Below the pieces are notes generated by a model that made no database searches, was not told the DNA's origin, and saw only the letters and a list, made by a program, of their open reading frames with translations. Below are positions 38,482 through 53,100 of a stretch of 64,000 nt of DNA, piece after piece. The translations under genes and the position numbers were made by a program. This stretch comes from Anolis carolinensis (taxonomy: Eukaryota): the NCBI RefSeq assembly GCF_035594765.1, contig NC_085844.1, positions 177,770,107-177,834,106 of the forward strand. Reading direction: 5' to 3'. Each line of letters opens with the position of its first letter. The first letter of the stretch is position 1.

Positions 38482-40834
38482 CTAAAATTAAAAAAGATAC
38501 AGAGAAGGAAAACAAATTTTCTTTTAGTTTCAAGGTCAGGGTAGAGAGAAAGTTGGAAGTGATATATTCCTTATTTTTTTCTGGCAAAAAAAAAATCTTT
38601 CATATGACACTTCCTCTTCTGACAGCTTTATGGATTAATTATAAAGAATAGAATAATAGAATAAATAGCCATGCCAGCTTCACTGGGAAGCTGGCACAAG
38701 TCTATTCTAAGCTGTTTTCTGCAAAGAACATTTAATTTTTGTCTCCAGGAGTTCTCTACGGATTAGTTAAACAGATGTACAAACTTGACAGGAAAACTGA
38801 CAAATTAGGCTTACATGCTTTGGCTAATTGGCTGATTTGCAGTCTGCCAACAAGGAGAAGGTGATGGGTTTCAACTTGTAGTTTATGAAGCATAAAGCAT
38901 GAAAAGGGGACGGATTTCATTTACTTTTTATACAGTAAAAGTAGTAGTTTGGGGAAGGTCTGCATGGTGCAGTGATCGACACATGGACTAGGCCTCTGGA
39001 GAACAGGTTTGAATTCCCACTCTGCTATGGAAGCCCACCTTAGACAAGTCATGCTCTCTCGGCCCAAAGGTAAATCCCCTCTGAACAAATCTTGCCAAGA
39101 AAACTCGGTGATAGGGTTGTCTTAGGATTGTCATAAGTCAGAAGCAGAGACACACATCATCAACAAGGATCTCATCCCATGAGCGGGGGGAAAGCAGGGA
39201 GGTCTGTTTTCTGGGATGACCAGTCATCCCACATCCTTTCCATCCTTCCCTGTCTTTTGCCGTTTGAAGTCGGGTAGCACTCAACTTCTGAAAACACATT
39301 CTGGGCTTCGTTTCTATGCACTGCGGAAATGGAGTTGCATGGAGTACCACTGGAAGTGCCCTTACGTCATGTGATGGCCTCCATGGGAGTTTGTTTCTGA
39401 AGAGCATGGAAATAGCCCAGGCTGCGTGGGATAAGATCCCATGTGTTTGACTGGGAGGGGGGGAGTCAGAAATGAAATGCTAACTGGCCAAACTCAAGTT
39501 GTTTTTATTTGGGAACACAAAGACAATGACAGGAATTTCTTCCAATGTATTCGGGGTGATGAATTCACTCCAAGTTTTGCCCAAACTTTAATGGAGTCAA
39601 ACTGGATTCACTGTCCCAATGACATAGAAACCACCAGCAGCTGCTACATATACACATACAGATAAAATACTTATCAAACATCTCATCTCAAAAGTTCAAA
39701 TTTTATTACAAGCATAAAAGCTAGATGCTCACTTATGATTGCAATTGTAATCTCACTAGGTACAGTTTCCCTGATTTTCTCCAAAAACTTTGCCCCAAGA
39801 TACCCTTCTAGACCAGTAGTTCTCAACCTGGGGTCCCCAGATGTTTTTGGGCCTCCAACTCCCAGAAATCCTAACAGCTGGTAAACTGGCTGGGATTTCA
39901 GGAAGTTGGAAGCCAAAAACATCTGGTGACCCCAGGTTGAGAACCACTGGTCTAGACAATATTTAAACCTGTGGTTCTCAAGCTTTGGTCCTCTTCAGAT
40001 ATTTTAGACTTCAGTTCCCACAATTCCTAACAGCTGGTAAACTGGCTGAGATTTCTGGGAGTTGAAGTCCAAAACACCCAGGGGACCAAAGGTTGGGAAC
40101 CACTAGTCTAAACAGAAGAATCAGGCTGTTTTAGGAAGATAACTGAAACAGCCATGTAATGCTAGAATCACGATATCAAGTAATTTTTATTGTTGTTCAT
40201 TCATGTCAAATGCAAAAAACACCACTAAATCCACTTAAAACTTCCAAGCAGGACTATTTTTTAAAAAACTAGATACCAATAGGCTGGCATTCTTATTTCA
40301 TTTCAGTAATGTTTTTCTACTCCAAACAAGGACCAGATGGATAGAGGAGAGATGCCAGATGGACATCTATTAATCTAAAGAAGAAGGGGCTTACAGGCTT
40401 CCCCATTTTGTTCCTGACTATATGTCTTTCAGTTCCCATCCAGAAGTGCTCACAATTTAGTGTGTGTGATTCAGACAGGGGGTTCTTAATATCTTGACAT
40501 AATTTCACAATCTGGCATCTTTACCAGTGGAAGAAACAAAATTGAAAGAATAAGGAAATTCACCAAAAAGACACGAACTTTGATGCAATAAGAGACTTAG
40601 GCAATTTAATTTTGGATGACAATTTCCAAATTCTCCAAGGCTAATGGAAACTGTAGTAAAAAAAATTGTAGCTTCTTAAAGTTCCTTTTCAAATTCAGCG
40701 GAGATCAGGAAACAGGAAAAAAACTCCACTAGGAGGAACTATATTGTATCTCCTTTCTTATCCCATCCTTTCTAAAAAACACCTTTTAACAGTGCGGCTC
40801 CTCCCCCAAACATGGCAAGGTAAGCATACACTAA

Positions 40835-40972
40835 AGACAACAGATCCTGTCTGATCTTAGAATCTAGGTAGGGTCAGCTCTAGTTAGTACTTGCATGGGA
40901 GGCAGCCAACAACTCTACAAAATTCATGCGGTGCCTGAAGTTGAAAGGTGACATGAAGACACATACACACAT
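40835..40972 (+). mobile_element. 5S rRNA-derived SINE relic (similar at ~3230-3410 minus and ~32990-33170)
   Basis: CTGTCTGATCTTAGAATCTAGGTAGGGTCAGCTCTAGTTAGTACTTGCATGGGAG resembles the 5S internal control region; CACATACACAC tail. Confidence 0.6.
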
Positions 40973-41046
40973 CAACTTTATGTACACACACAGTATGGAG
41001 ACACAGACTTAAGGCATTCTTGGGAGGGGGTTCTTTGGAGCCCCGA

Positions 41047-41895
41047 TGTTGTAGCTCAGTCTGAGTTGGAACCAGAGCCAGATGTTGGACCCATCCAAGA
41101 CTTTGAATCTCGGCCTGTAATTCAGCTACGTTTAGCTGAATTGGGTTTCTACAGAGGATTCTGAAACCAAAGAGGAGCAGTCAAGGTCAGTTCAAAGACC
41201 AGATGGCTATGTTACCACGGAGGAGGCTGATGATTTTGACAGAAGGGGGATGTTTACCCAAAAAAGGAGCAGGAGGGAGTATCGGAGAAGAAGCCATGGT
41301 TCAGAAACAGCTAATGAGCAACTTTCCCTTGAGACGGATGGCTCTCCCTAGTTTTCACTAGGAATGTTAGCCTTGAAATCTTTTCAAATACTTCTTGCTT
41401 TCTCTGCTCAGCAGAGGTGTCAACTTTGCTATTCAAGAGAAAAAAACCTCTGTTTTTGAGCTCTTGTTTCTGTGATTTTCCAGCCAAGATTTTGCCTTGT
41501 GGATTCCAAGTATCTCTTGCCTTGTTATACCTTGTTTCCAGTTGGACCTTGCTGATTCCTGGCTGTGTGGATTACAGTTCCTTGGATTACTTTGAGTTTG
41601 GTTCTTGTTCCTTGTGGCTTCCTTATGTGTCCTGCTTGGAAAGTGAACTTTATGTAGACTATTCCTGATACTTTGCGGGACTAAGCACAGTTCCAGGTTA
41701 GATTATAACCTTGAGAGACTTTATTGGACTACTCTTTAGGTTAGATAAGTATATTGCTTGGTGGTTCATCCACTCGATTGACTTTGAACTTTATTTGCTT
41801 GTGCTTGCTTATATTCTACAATAAACAGCTTGATTGCTTATATTCTGGGCTCTAGTGTGGTTTTCAAGGTGCCTATGCAGCCTTGGGGTGTGACA
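41047..41895 (+). mobile_element. Solo LTR (849 bp), LTR retrotransposon/ERV
   Basis: TGTTGTA...TGTGACA termini, exact 5-bp TSD CCCGA, AATAAA at 41820-41825. Confidence 0.82.
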
Positions 41896-44800
41896 CCCGA
41901 TGGATGACATCATTGAGTGTGCCCAACTATAAGAACATAGTTGGTCTCTTCTCCACTGCCACCTGATCCCCCACCAGCCAGAGAATGGCCATATTGAGGT
42001 GAAAGGTGGGCTTTGGTGGGAAGTTCAATCATTGTGTGAGGTCGGCAGAGAAATGCAACCTCCACAACTAACAAAAGAATGACTTAACACAAGCATAAAT
42101 CGGAGGAATTTCTGGGTAAACACGAACGTGATACCAGCCCACATTTTTATACTGGATAAGTTGTAATTACAGCAATTATAAGGTCTGGTTTAAGAGCAAA
42201 AGGCTGGGTGGGTGGGCAATGCTTGATTACATTAGACATGGAGCTATTTACCCTATCATCTACTATGCCAGAAATGGCACTGTAGCCTGACTGGAGGAAA
42301 AAATATAAGATGGAAGAAAGGGTTCAGCTGTGCTCACCATGTTGGCTTTTTTGCCCAATGAATACCAAGTGCTGTATGTTATATTTTAGAGGAAAGAACT
42401 GGCAGGCACACCTCTATGCACTCCTTCCCTAAGACAACCACAGGCAATTCATGGAGTTGTCCTAAGTCAACAGGTGACTTGAAGGCGCACTCACACATTT
42501 CCCAGGCAAAGAGAAGCAGGAATGTTCTAGCACAAAGGGTGGGGAACCTAGGCCTTCCTAATGTTGGACTGCAGTTACCATTAGCTAAGGTCAGTATACA
42601 CAATGGTGAACAAAGCATCCTTGACTACACTGACTAGAGCTATGAGGGTTGCAATCTAACATATGGAAAGTCATAGTTTCTCTTTTTCAGTCTGCTGGAA
42701 TAGGTTACAGGTTCATCCTCAGTCACTGGGAAATTCTGTTTTCTGAAAACCTTCCCAGTGGAAGTCGGCCAATATACAATCGTAATGCACTGTAGACAAT
42801 GCTAAGCCACCTGGGCCAATAGTCTGATTCGGTATAAAAGACTGATCTTTCCCCAGCTTTCAAATGCAAACCATTTTCATTTATGTACTGCATGACTAAC
42901 AATTCCCTAATACTCTGAAAACAGGTCAATGGTAGCTCGGGAACTCATAATCCCAGGATAAAGATTATCTGAAGATTACTCAATATAATAAATTGATATA
43001 AATTTCTGAATGTTTTTTAAAAATATATTTTCACAAAACTATTCAAAGAGCTTTAGCTAGTAATTAAAAAAAGAAGCCATAACCAAAACAAGTTACTAAT
43101 TTCTATGTTTTTTTTTGAAGTTTAATTTAATATTTGCTATGACATATATTGTGCTCAACTTATATCTACATCTATGCTTATAGCTACATCTATGCTCTGA
43201 AATGAATCAAACTAATTTCCAGCAGGACATATTTCAATTTCAGAAGCAAATTTGTTACTAATAGTGCTCTTATGGATTAATTCTTGAGACCTACTATGCC
43301 ACAAATATTTGCTTTAAATGGAATATATTGACTGTTAGGCTATAATAAACCATGAGCACAGTTCAACACAGACTTAAGTGTACTTAGAGCCAATGAAAAG
43401 TAATAGGTTCAAGGGTACAGTTCTGTGCTGGATTATGGCCAACTATGATTTTATGCTCTTTCAAATATTTAGAAGCTGAATGGTAGATACTTGCATTACC
43501 TGAATGGTCTATGAACCTGTGATGAGTTGTAGTACAGAAAAAGGGAAGCGGAAGAGCATAAGTCAGATACTTGATCACGCTAAAGGTATATTATAAAGGT
43601 ATATTGAATCATTAATCAGTGCAGCTCCTCAGATGGTTCACATCCCCTATCAGGTGTGGTAAGTTCACAGCAAAACAAAGCACATGCCTATGGGAAGCGC
43701 ACAAGCAGAACAGCAATAAAACAGTGGTCTCCCAGCTGTGCTCCCCCAAAGCAGGTGTTCAGAAATACACTATTGTGTACCCACCATACTGTTGTTGCTA
43801 CTTACCTTCATGTCAACTTTGACTTATAACAACCCAGTCTTAGGGAATTTTGCCATTAATTCAAAGAAGATTTGCCACTGCCTTCCTCTGAAGCTAACAG
43901 AATATCACTTTCTCAAAAAGAAGATTCCAAAATTAAGTAAAGATCTTAACCCAGTCCAACACTCTAATCCCAATATTATGCAGTTTGACACCACTTTAAC
44001 TGCCATGGCTCAATGTATGGAATCCCGAGAGTTGTAGTTTGATGAAGTACCAGAACTATTTCCCAAAGAACATTAAAGGCTTTACAAAATGACAAAAATT
44101 AATTGTGCCATGGGAATTAATTGCATTTGATTGACTGTGTTGATGCACCCTATGTCACATTGGCATCTCATATCCTTCATAATCACTGACCATTGGCTAT
44201 CAAGCACTTCTGCTAAGGTAAACACGTCTTCCTAAACTTGGAATATAAATTTTGATAGCAGGAAGTCCCTTCTAGGCCCCCTTTGGTCAACAAAGCCTCA
44301 TCTCAAAAAAGAAAGAACCCTAAATTTGTTTTTTTCTTAAAGATTTAGTGTTTCTCAGGACCTAAATTAGGCTCCGGTGACTATGCTGGGAACAAAATGT
44401 CTTAAACCTAGCCAACAATAATCTAGTGGCCCTGATCATATCTCTAACTTTACAAAAAATGTATTGTGCACAACATGAATTCTGTAGCGCAGTAGGGGGT
44501 TCTTATAAAACATCTAATTAACCTGTTTCCCATTATTTTTCATGCATCTTGGCTCCATGTAGTGCTTAAAAAAAGTTGTTGGGGCAGTGTTTGAAAAATC
44601 TTGCTTGAAGTTTGCCCAAACTGAAAAGCACAGTTCCTTACAGTCAGTAACCATAATGTCCTACACCAGCAGTAGGCAACAGAAGACCATTTTCGCTTCT
44701 TGCATTTCAATGCAACCAAAAGGATATGCTATCACTTCCAACAGCCTGTTCAATTGATTTTGGAGTCTGTTTTGGAAAAGGATTAGAAGAGCAAACTGTT

Positions 44801-47517
44801 TTCTTCTTGCATGGTTTGGGTAAAGTTTGGGTGTCTTGTAGGCAAAAAAACCACCCCCAAATCAACCCAAAATATTTTGCAAAATTTGGGAGTAACTGGT
44901 GGATTTGATGGGCTTCTGGCGGGTCCCTCAGGCCACACCTAGGGATCTCAAGGGCCATACTTCACCCATCTGACCCTATACATCTAGTCAAAATAAACAA
45001 CTATATAGCAATTTAGATAATTCCATTATCTAATTTCACCACAGACACGGTTGTATGCAAAATGTGCTGCAATAACAAAATTAAGAATTAATTTAATAGC
45101 TTGTTTATTAAGTCACTTATACATTCTTGAACGCAAAATGCCCACATTTTTCAGAGGACTGATTATGGAATTGGTTAGATTAACATTAAAAATTGATTCT
45201 AAAACATTTGTGTCCCTTTTCACTAAATGTTAAACAGGAATACTAAGTATTTCTTCACATTATGCAAAATATGGAGCAAGTCAAAGCTATTTAGACTGTG
45301 ACCCTTACAGGGCCTTAATCCAGTTCCATGCAGTTAAATTACATTCTGAAACTGCATTATAGGGCGGTGTAGATGGGACCTTGACAAACATGATGAAATT
45401 TACTTCTAAGTAAACATGCACTGTGTGCTGTTATTGTTGGATGTCTTCAAGACATTTCTGATTTGCCATGACCCTTAAGGGAGATTTGTTCACAGGGTGG
45501 TTGCCTTTGCTCTCTTCTGATGATGAGAGAGTGGGAACAACCTTACACAATTTTTGAAGAAGCACAATCATTTGCACAACCGTTTTTATGTTAGTGTAAT
45601 GCCCCAACAAGATTTCACCCATTGTTTCAATCCTAAAGTAGGAAAGCTGCTTGAAAATAATGAAGTCTACACTATCTGTATTCTTATTTTCATAACATGC
45701 ATAGCTATAGCATGTTGAATGTAAAAAACCCTAATATAGAAAAATCAAATAGATTGTTCATTTTTTCCATTTAAGAATACTTAAAACAGCATAGAACAGA
45801 TTAAAGAGAGGAAAAATAGTTTTGATGAAACATAGAGCTTCTTGTTATAAGCAACTGGTTTTTTCGCATCAATTATTGCACAGCAGGTCCCCCTCATGCT
45901 AGGATAATCTCCCAGGGTGTGTTTTAGCCAGATGAGTTTCCACCCTCCATTGCTCATCAGTTCAGCTCGTCACTTGGTTCCTGTCCCTACCAGGTGTGAT
46001 AAATTTCATTTTATCTGGCACTGGTCCCATGTCAAGCCTCATTGGAAAAGCACATTCTGCTACTTATTTAATAATCAAATCTCCAAGATGCTCCACATGG
46101 GCAACCCCAGCTTGTGCCTCTTTAATGAGGCAAGATCTTTTGTGAGAAATATATATACATGTGCCAGGAAATGGAGTTCAAACAGTGATAGACTTCAAAA
46201 TGTGGCGCGGTGTATCAGAAGCAATTGCATGAACAGAGATTCGTGTCTGAATGTATTCTTAGTACAAGTTGACATCCAAGCTACAAATAGGTTCTTATAA
46301 CCACATCTAGTCCTTAGCTCTTATCATACAACAAGTCAAGAACCTCCTTCACTTTACCTACTTATGTTGATCCTGCATCCCCTAAGTACTTTTTAGGGCC
46401 ATCACTGGAATTAAATTTATCACCCCATCATTATGCTTAGCATTTCCTCTGCTATTTACACTTATACACACCCTACACATCTGTTGGTATAAATGTCTGT
46501 CCACAAGTGCCTTACTTCATGCATTCAATGACGTAGACTGAATCTACCGTAGCTTATTCTACAAACTCATCACACTTGAGCATTTTCTCACTTGGATCCA
46601 CTTTAAATGCTGTGACTGCCTCCTGCAGAATTCTGGGGGTTGTAGTTTAAGAAGGGTCCTTTAAGCTGCTCATCCAGAGAATCCATGGACCTCCCTAAAC
46701 TACAAGCCCAACAATTCTGCAGGGGGTAGTCACAGCATTTAAAGCCGTGGTTCTCAGCCTGTGGGTCCCCAGATGTTTTAGCCTTCAACTCCCAGAAATC
46801 CTAACAGCTGGTAAACTGGCTGGGATTTCTGGGAGTTGTAGGCTAAAACACCTGGGGACCCACAGGTTGACAACCACTGATTTAAAGTGGCTTGAAATGG
46901 AAAAATGCCCAGATATGATGCTACACTTTCCCTTTGCACACTGACATGGCTATGTCTCTAAATGCTCTCACAGTCTAGATTTGTTTTGACATAGAGAACA
47001 AGGCTATGAAATCTGTGGTCCCCAGAAATTGTTGAATGCAAATACCCGTCAGCCCTAGCCAGTTTGGCCAACAATGAGGTATGATGGCAACAGTATTTCA
47101 TTAATAATTGGAGAGCTCAAGTTTGCCTCCAAGCACTGCAGAAGAACAGAAGGGGAATTGTAATTATCAAAAACTTTTTATTTTAATCCATCATGTCACA
47201 CACATTACTGTTAAAAAACACCTCCATAACAAAAAAACCAAAAAAAACTAGATTGAGAAAGTGATATATCTCCATTGGTAAAAGCAGAGAAGATGCATGG
47301 CCTGCTCCCAAGGCGCCAAAACTGCAAAAATAATTAATTCCCCAAAGAGAAATTGAAAATACTATGGAAATTGATATGATGCTGCTTAATCTTCTTTCTG
47401 CCATTCCAGCAACATTTCTATTAAGGTTTGTTCATGTTTCTATCATCACTTTTATTTAAAGTGCATTCGTATAGATTCCTTTGGACAGACCATTTCACCA
47501 TCTTGCATATTAATAGT

Positions 47518-48008
47518 AAGTAAGGTAAGGTTTTCCCCCAACATTAAGTCTAGTCGTCTCCGACTCTGGGGGTTGGTGCTCATCTCCACTTCTACGTCGA
47601 ATTGCCGGCGTTGATCATAGACGCCTCCGAGGTCTGCCAACCTAGCAGTTCGATAACATTGAAATGTGAGTAGATCAATAGGTACCACTTCGGTAGGAAG
47701 GTAACACCGCTCCATGACTGCATGGAATGCTGTTACCTTCCCGCCGAAGTGGTACTTATAGATCTACTCACATTTCGATGTTATTGAGTTGCTAGGTTAG
47801 CAGATTTTGGAGGCGTCTACAAACAATGCTGACTACTCAGCTTAGAAATGGAGATGAGCACCAACCCACATGTTTTCAAACTGCAAGGTTGGCAGAAGCT
47901 GGAGCTAACAGTGGGAGCTCAACCCCCTTCCCGGATTCGAACCGCCGACATTTCGGTCAGCAAATTCAGCAGCTCCGTGGTTTAACCTGTTGCGCCACAA
48001 GGGGCTCC
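47518..48008 (-). mobile_element. Rearranged Sauria SINE forming a ~300-bp imperfect palindrome
   Basis: SINE segments in alternating orientation, symmetric about ~47718. Confidence 0.8.
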
Positions 48009-49772
48009 AATAGTAGATCAGTATAAATTTCTTATTGGATGAAGAAAGCCACTGGTGTTAGAAGGGTCTTGCCAAGACTATATATCAGGCATGGGCAAAC
48101 TTGGGCCCTCCAGGCATTTGGGATTTCAGTTTCCACAATTCCTAACAGCCATATATTCTGCAACAGAACAAGTACTAGCTTGTTGTTGCTGCTGCTGCTA
48201 TTGTGTTGTGTGTCTTTAAGTCATTTCTGACTTACGGCAACTCTGAGGTCAATCTAGCTTGGAGTATTTTTTTGGAAATACTTGTTCAGAAATTTGCCAC
48301 TGGCTTTCTCAGAGACTGCCTTGCCCAAGCTCACCCAATGGGTTTTCATGGCCAAGCAGGGATTGGGATCCTGGTCACCAAGGTACTAGTCTAACATCCA
48401 AACCATTATTTATTTATTTTATTTTATTACAATATTTATATCCCACCTTTCTCACCCAACAGGGGACTCAGGGCAGCTTACAATAAAACACACATATAAA
48501 AATTGTACAATACACTATAAAACAGTTACATCGGACATTACGCCAAGTGAGAAAATGCTCAAGTGTGATGAGTTTGTAGAATAAGCTACGGTAGATTCAG
48601 TCTACGTCATTGAATGCATGAAGTAAGTAATGGCTACCTGGGCCTTAGGTGATAAATAAATCTGCATATGAAACAACAGCATGCAAATGCCTCCATCCAC
48701 TACATCTGTTTGTCTTTTTTCAGCAATCGATGCTATCAGAATGACTGCTCCTGTTGTAGCAGTGAACTTGATTAAAGAAAATAAGTTAGTTAATAATGGT
48801 CTAAACAAGGTCTGCTTCCTCTCAAGATAATTTTCCCAATATACTGGAGAAACAGAGCATTCCTGATATTCAACACAGTTTGAAATACTGTAGGCTGTTG
48901 TTATGAAATAAATAGCTTGGCAACACATTGAAAAACACTGCTGTAGACCCCATTTTGAAAATGTTGGATAAAATGTGTTTGCGCCAACATACTAAATGAG
49001 AGGGATGCCATAGACTCCTGTATCTGATTATTTAAGACTTGTCCCTGCAAACAGTGACTGTGCATGTTCAAATCCTTGGGCATAAAGCCAAGCGTGATTT
49101 CGTTCCCAGCTTAGCCACCTCCAATACAGGGGAAACGTTTGCACTAAGGACACATGCAGGAAACAAAAGTATGTTTGCTGAGGATAGATGGTAAAGTATA
49201 AAAGGGGAAAAAAACTTCAAAGAAAGTTTGTTTCTTAAAGTTTTGATTTTTTATTTGTAAAATCTTTTTATTTTCAGATTGTTCAAGCTCAAGGAAACTT
49301 TGATCCACTTGTATTCGCTACCAAGAAACAAGCGAAGAATAGTTGTTAATAACAAGAACATTAAATTCCAGGTTTAGATATCAGGTACCTTTTTTCACCC
49401 AAGCTTTGCCAGATTATTTTTTGCTTATCAAAGATTTTGCTGTGTTTTTTGCATTTTGCTTTATTTTTTACATCTACACCTATTTATTTTACTGTATTGT
49501 AATTTTTGTATTGCATTTCAATTTAGTAAATTCACCAGAGTACTGTATATACATTTATTAAATAAACAAAGTGTCCTGAAAATTGCAACAGCATTGGCAA
49601 AACCACCATCCATAGTTTTTATGGATTTTAACTGAATTTTCTAATACCAATGATATTTAATTCTGTTTTAATGTTTGTATATTTGTATATTTTAAATGGT
49701 ACTGAAATGCTTTTAATGTAAGTGCTTTGAGTCTCCTTGTGGAGAGAAATGTCAGGGTATAAATAAACATAA

Positions 49773-50103
49773 GTAAAGGTAAAGGTTTTCCCCTGACATT
49801 AAGTCTAGTCGTATCCAGGTTTTGGGGGTTGGTGCTCATCTCCATTTCTAAGCCAAAGAGCTGGCGTTGTCGTAGACACCCCCAAGGTCATGTGGCCAGC
49901 ATGACTGCATTGAACGCTGTCACCTTCCCTATGGAGCGGTACCTATTGATCTACTCACACTTGCATGTTTTCAAACTGCTAGGTTGGCAGAAGCTGGGGT
50001 TAACAGCGGGAGCTCACCCCGCTCCCCAGATTCAAACCACAGACCTTTCAGTCAGCAAGTTCAGCAGTTCAGTGGTTTAACCCACTGTGCCACCAAAGGT
50101 TCC
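49773..50103 (-). mobile_element. Full-length Sauria SINE in an L2 tail
   Basis: TSD aaataaacataa on both sides. Confidence 0.9.
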
Positions 50104-53100
50104 AAATAAACATAATAATGATGATCATGATGTTGAGTCCATAAAATGGATTGGGTATACCTTATCCAAAATGCTTGGAACCAGGATTGTTCTTTTTTAA
50201 TACCTGTATTTACAAATAGATGGATGGATGGGTATTTCACATCCTATGTGCATATGTACTATTTCATTACCCTCTGTGGATATGTCTGTGTCTCTCTCCA
50301 GCTTCATCTCTTTCCAGCCTTGTGTCTCATTCATTTGCCACCTGTGTTGTGTATGAGTTGCAAGGTTGTAGAGACCGAGGAACTATGAAATGGTATAATA
50401 TGGCACTATGGAAACACCTTTTTCAAAGTAGTAACTGTAGCTTTATCTGAAAGAAACTTAAAATAACTGAAAATGCTGATTGTTCTCACTAGTCTAGCAC
50501 GTAGCTAGCTAATGCTGTGTGCTCCTTGGGGTATTATGCAATGCTTCACATAGATCAGAAAAATGCAGGCAACTCGGAAGCCAACTACCAATGCAGCCTA
50601 GCAGAACAATCTGTCATGCCTCTTGATATTCTGAGGTCAGAAGGGAATCAGATCACGAAAAATAACCTTCCACAGTTTGGCAGATTCATTCATACCTTCA
50701 TGACTCCTGCATATACATAGCCTATATCAAAAGAAGACTCAGAAATACCCAAGGCAGAGCTTCCCAAACATTTCATGTTGGTGACACACATTTTAGATAT
50801 ACATCATTTTGTGACACAGTAATTCAGTTTTACTAGCAAACCAGAGGTTTAACCAACTCTTTATAAGAGATACAAAAATTGTAGCAATGAAATGTATGGA
50901 GACACAACATATCTCATAAAAACTTTCATTTATATTTATAAGAATATATGATTTGTAAGATAACATGCATTTTTTGCTGCAAAAAATACATGTAAGTGGG
51001 CATTTTTCGTTAATGTTCACACAACACACTGATACATTAACATGCTGTGACCCACAACTCAGAAAACTCAGACCTAAGGGATCCCAGAGCCATAAATCAA
51101 TGGCATGGACTAATTCAAATAAGGTATTAGATATGTCTGGAACCACAGAAGTCATTTAAAGGAGTGATCTCAAGCATAATGTAAGGAACAAGAGGGAAAG
51201 CTCTGTTGCAGCTGCCACTTTATGTGCCATCAGCTCTTAGGCAAGACGCAGCAATATCAGAACAGGTTTCAGCAGCTACATCTAAATAGGCTGCGACTAT
51301 GCAATATGAAATTATAATAGAAACAACGACAAAGAACCCAGCATGTATTAATATCCAAAGATAGTGCAGCAGGCTAGTATTAAAATCCTGGAAATTCAGA
51401 TCTAGTACATCAACTCTGGCACCATTCACTGCCCCTCTCTCCTCTGTAGGAATTCCTGCTACTCCCACCGCCTTGTTTGCTTTTTGTTTCTACTAACATC
51501 TGTTGATGAACGGGGTGGGAGTAAACAGAATTACCACTTTGTCCCATATTCTCAACACTACGCTTTACTTGCCCTGATGCTCATAAAGAGGCTAGCCAAT
51601 ACAGTGACCATGACTGTATGTATGAATAAAGAGCTATACATCTTGGTTACTAGAGCTGAACAGCGCATTTCATACAATGCTATATGTGACAGTTGACAGA
51701 GTGTGGACAAAAACAATGAGGCCATTACCTCACAAACCAGGAACCAGCGCACTCCATACAAACTGTTTCCTGATTCAAGCAACTTACCAAAGCCTATGAA
51801 TCTGTAATTAGGCAAGATGTTTACATCAAGCTGGAAGTTTAAATCAAGAGATATGATTCTTAAGAAAGGCAAAGATCTCAATTGGTTTGCTTTCGTACAA
51901 CAGAAGGGCAGGCTTAATCAAGATAGGAAAAATGCAGCCATAGAGGTTAGAGAAAATTAGATTCACTTAGAGTTGTGTAAAGATTATGATTATGTATCTT
52001 TTAACAAGTGTATAAATGGCTACAGACAGAAGATGAGCCTACATGATAAAGTGAGTCTAAAATTTAGGGCATAATGTCCATACAGATGTATAGGAAATGT
52101 GGTCAAAGATATACAATCTAAAAGAAAACCTGTATAAGATGATGCACAGATAGTGTCTAACCCCTAATAAGCTGTTAAAAGTGTCCCAGAATGTTGTTAG
52201 TATTACTGTACTTTGACTGTTAACTAGGTTACTTGAGTTAACAATTAACAGGAAAAAGGTGACCCAAAATTGATTATATTTGTTATGATAAGCACCAGCA
52301 ATAATGAGATATGATATAATTGTACTGAAGTTCTACTGGTACATCTTCCAACCCTCCATTCATTTCCCAACATATATTTCCCACACTGGAGTAAATTGAG
52401 ATCTTGAAATTATTTTATGATAGAAAAACAGGACATATTGTCCACTGCTTCTTCAATATAAAACTAAATGGTCAAGATAATCGTAAAAGTTCATGTGAGA
52501 AGAAAGGTGGATTAATAAGTGCAAGATGTATTGATGTTCTTCCACTTAGCAAAAAGCCAGGAAATTATTCACAGGAACTGTAGAGCAGAGATGTAAAAAC
52601 TATGGCTGCCTACATGTTGTTGGGCTATAATCCCCATGTTTCCTTATCATTTTCTATCTTGATGAGGGCTGGTACAACCTGTGGTCCAGCAACATCTGAA
52701 GGAACACAAATTTAGCTCTACCACTATTGAAGGAAGAACAATAATTTGAAACTGTAATCCATCTTATTTAAAAAATCCAGATTTTGGCTCACTTTTGTGC
52801 CACATGTAAAATGACAATAGAGAGCCACAGGAGAAATAGTATTTTTAATTATGACTATTCAGCCATTTGGTATGCTGATTATCTCTTAAGTAGTGAGGGA
52901 GAATCTTGCCATCCAGCTAAGCCTGAAGACTTCCAGAGAAACAAAAGCATGGTAGGCCTCCTGTCCCATAATACTATCCGGTGATAGATAACATATAATC
53001 AGTGGTTGCATGAATATGCTGGTTATAAACACATAGAAGTCAATTGCTACTTGGCAAACATTCAGATATGTTCATTGAAATAGTGTTGTTAAGGATGAAA

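Noticed and set aside
38399-38587. ORF-track 62-aa ORF over RNF11 exon 2, and the N-terminal extension of ORF 35411-35644
   Set aside because: Wrong frame or intronic read-through; true boundaries are set by the splice sites
40835-40910. 5S rRNA gene, and tRNA genes at SINE heads
   Set aside because: Degenerate and attached to SINE bodies or tails; not functional RNA genes
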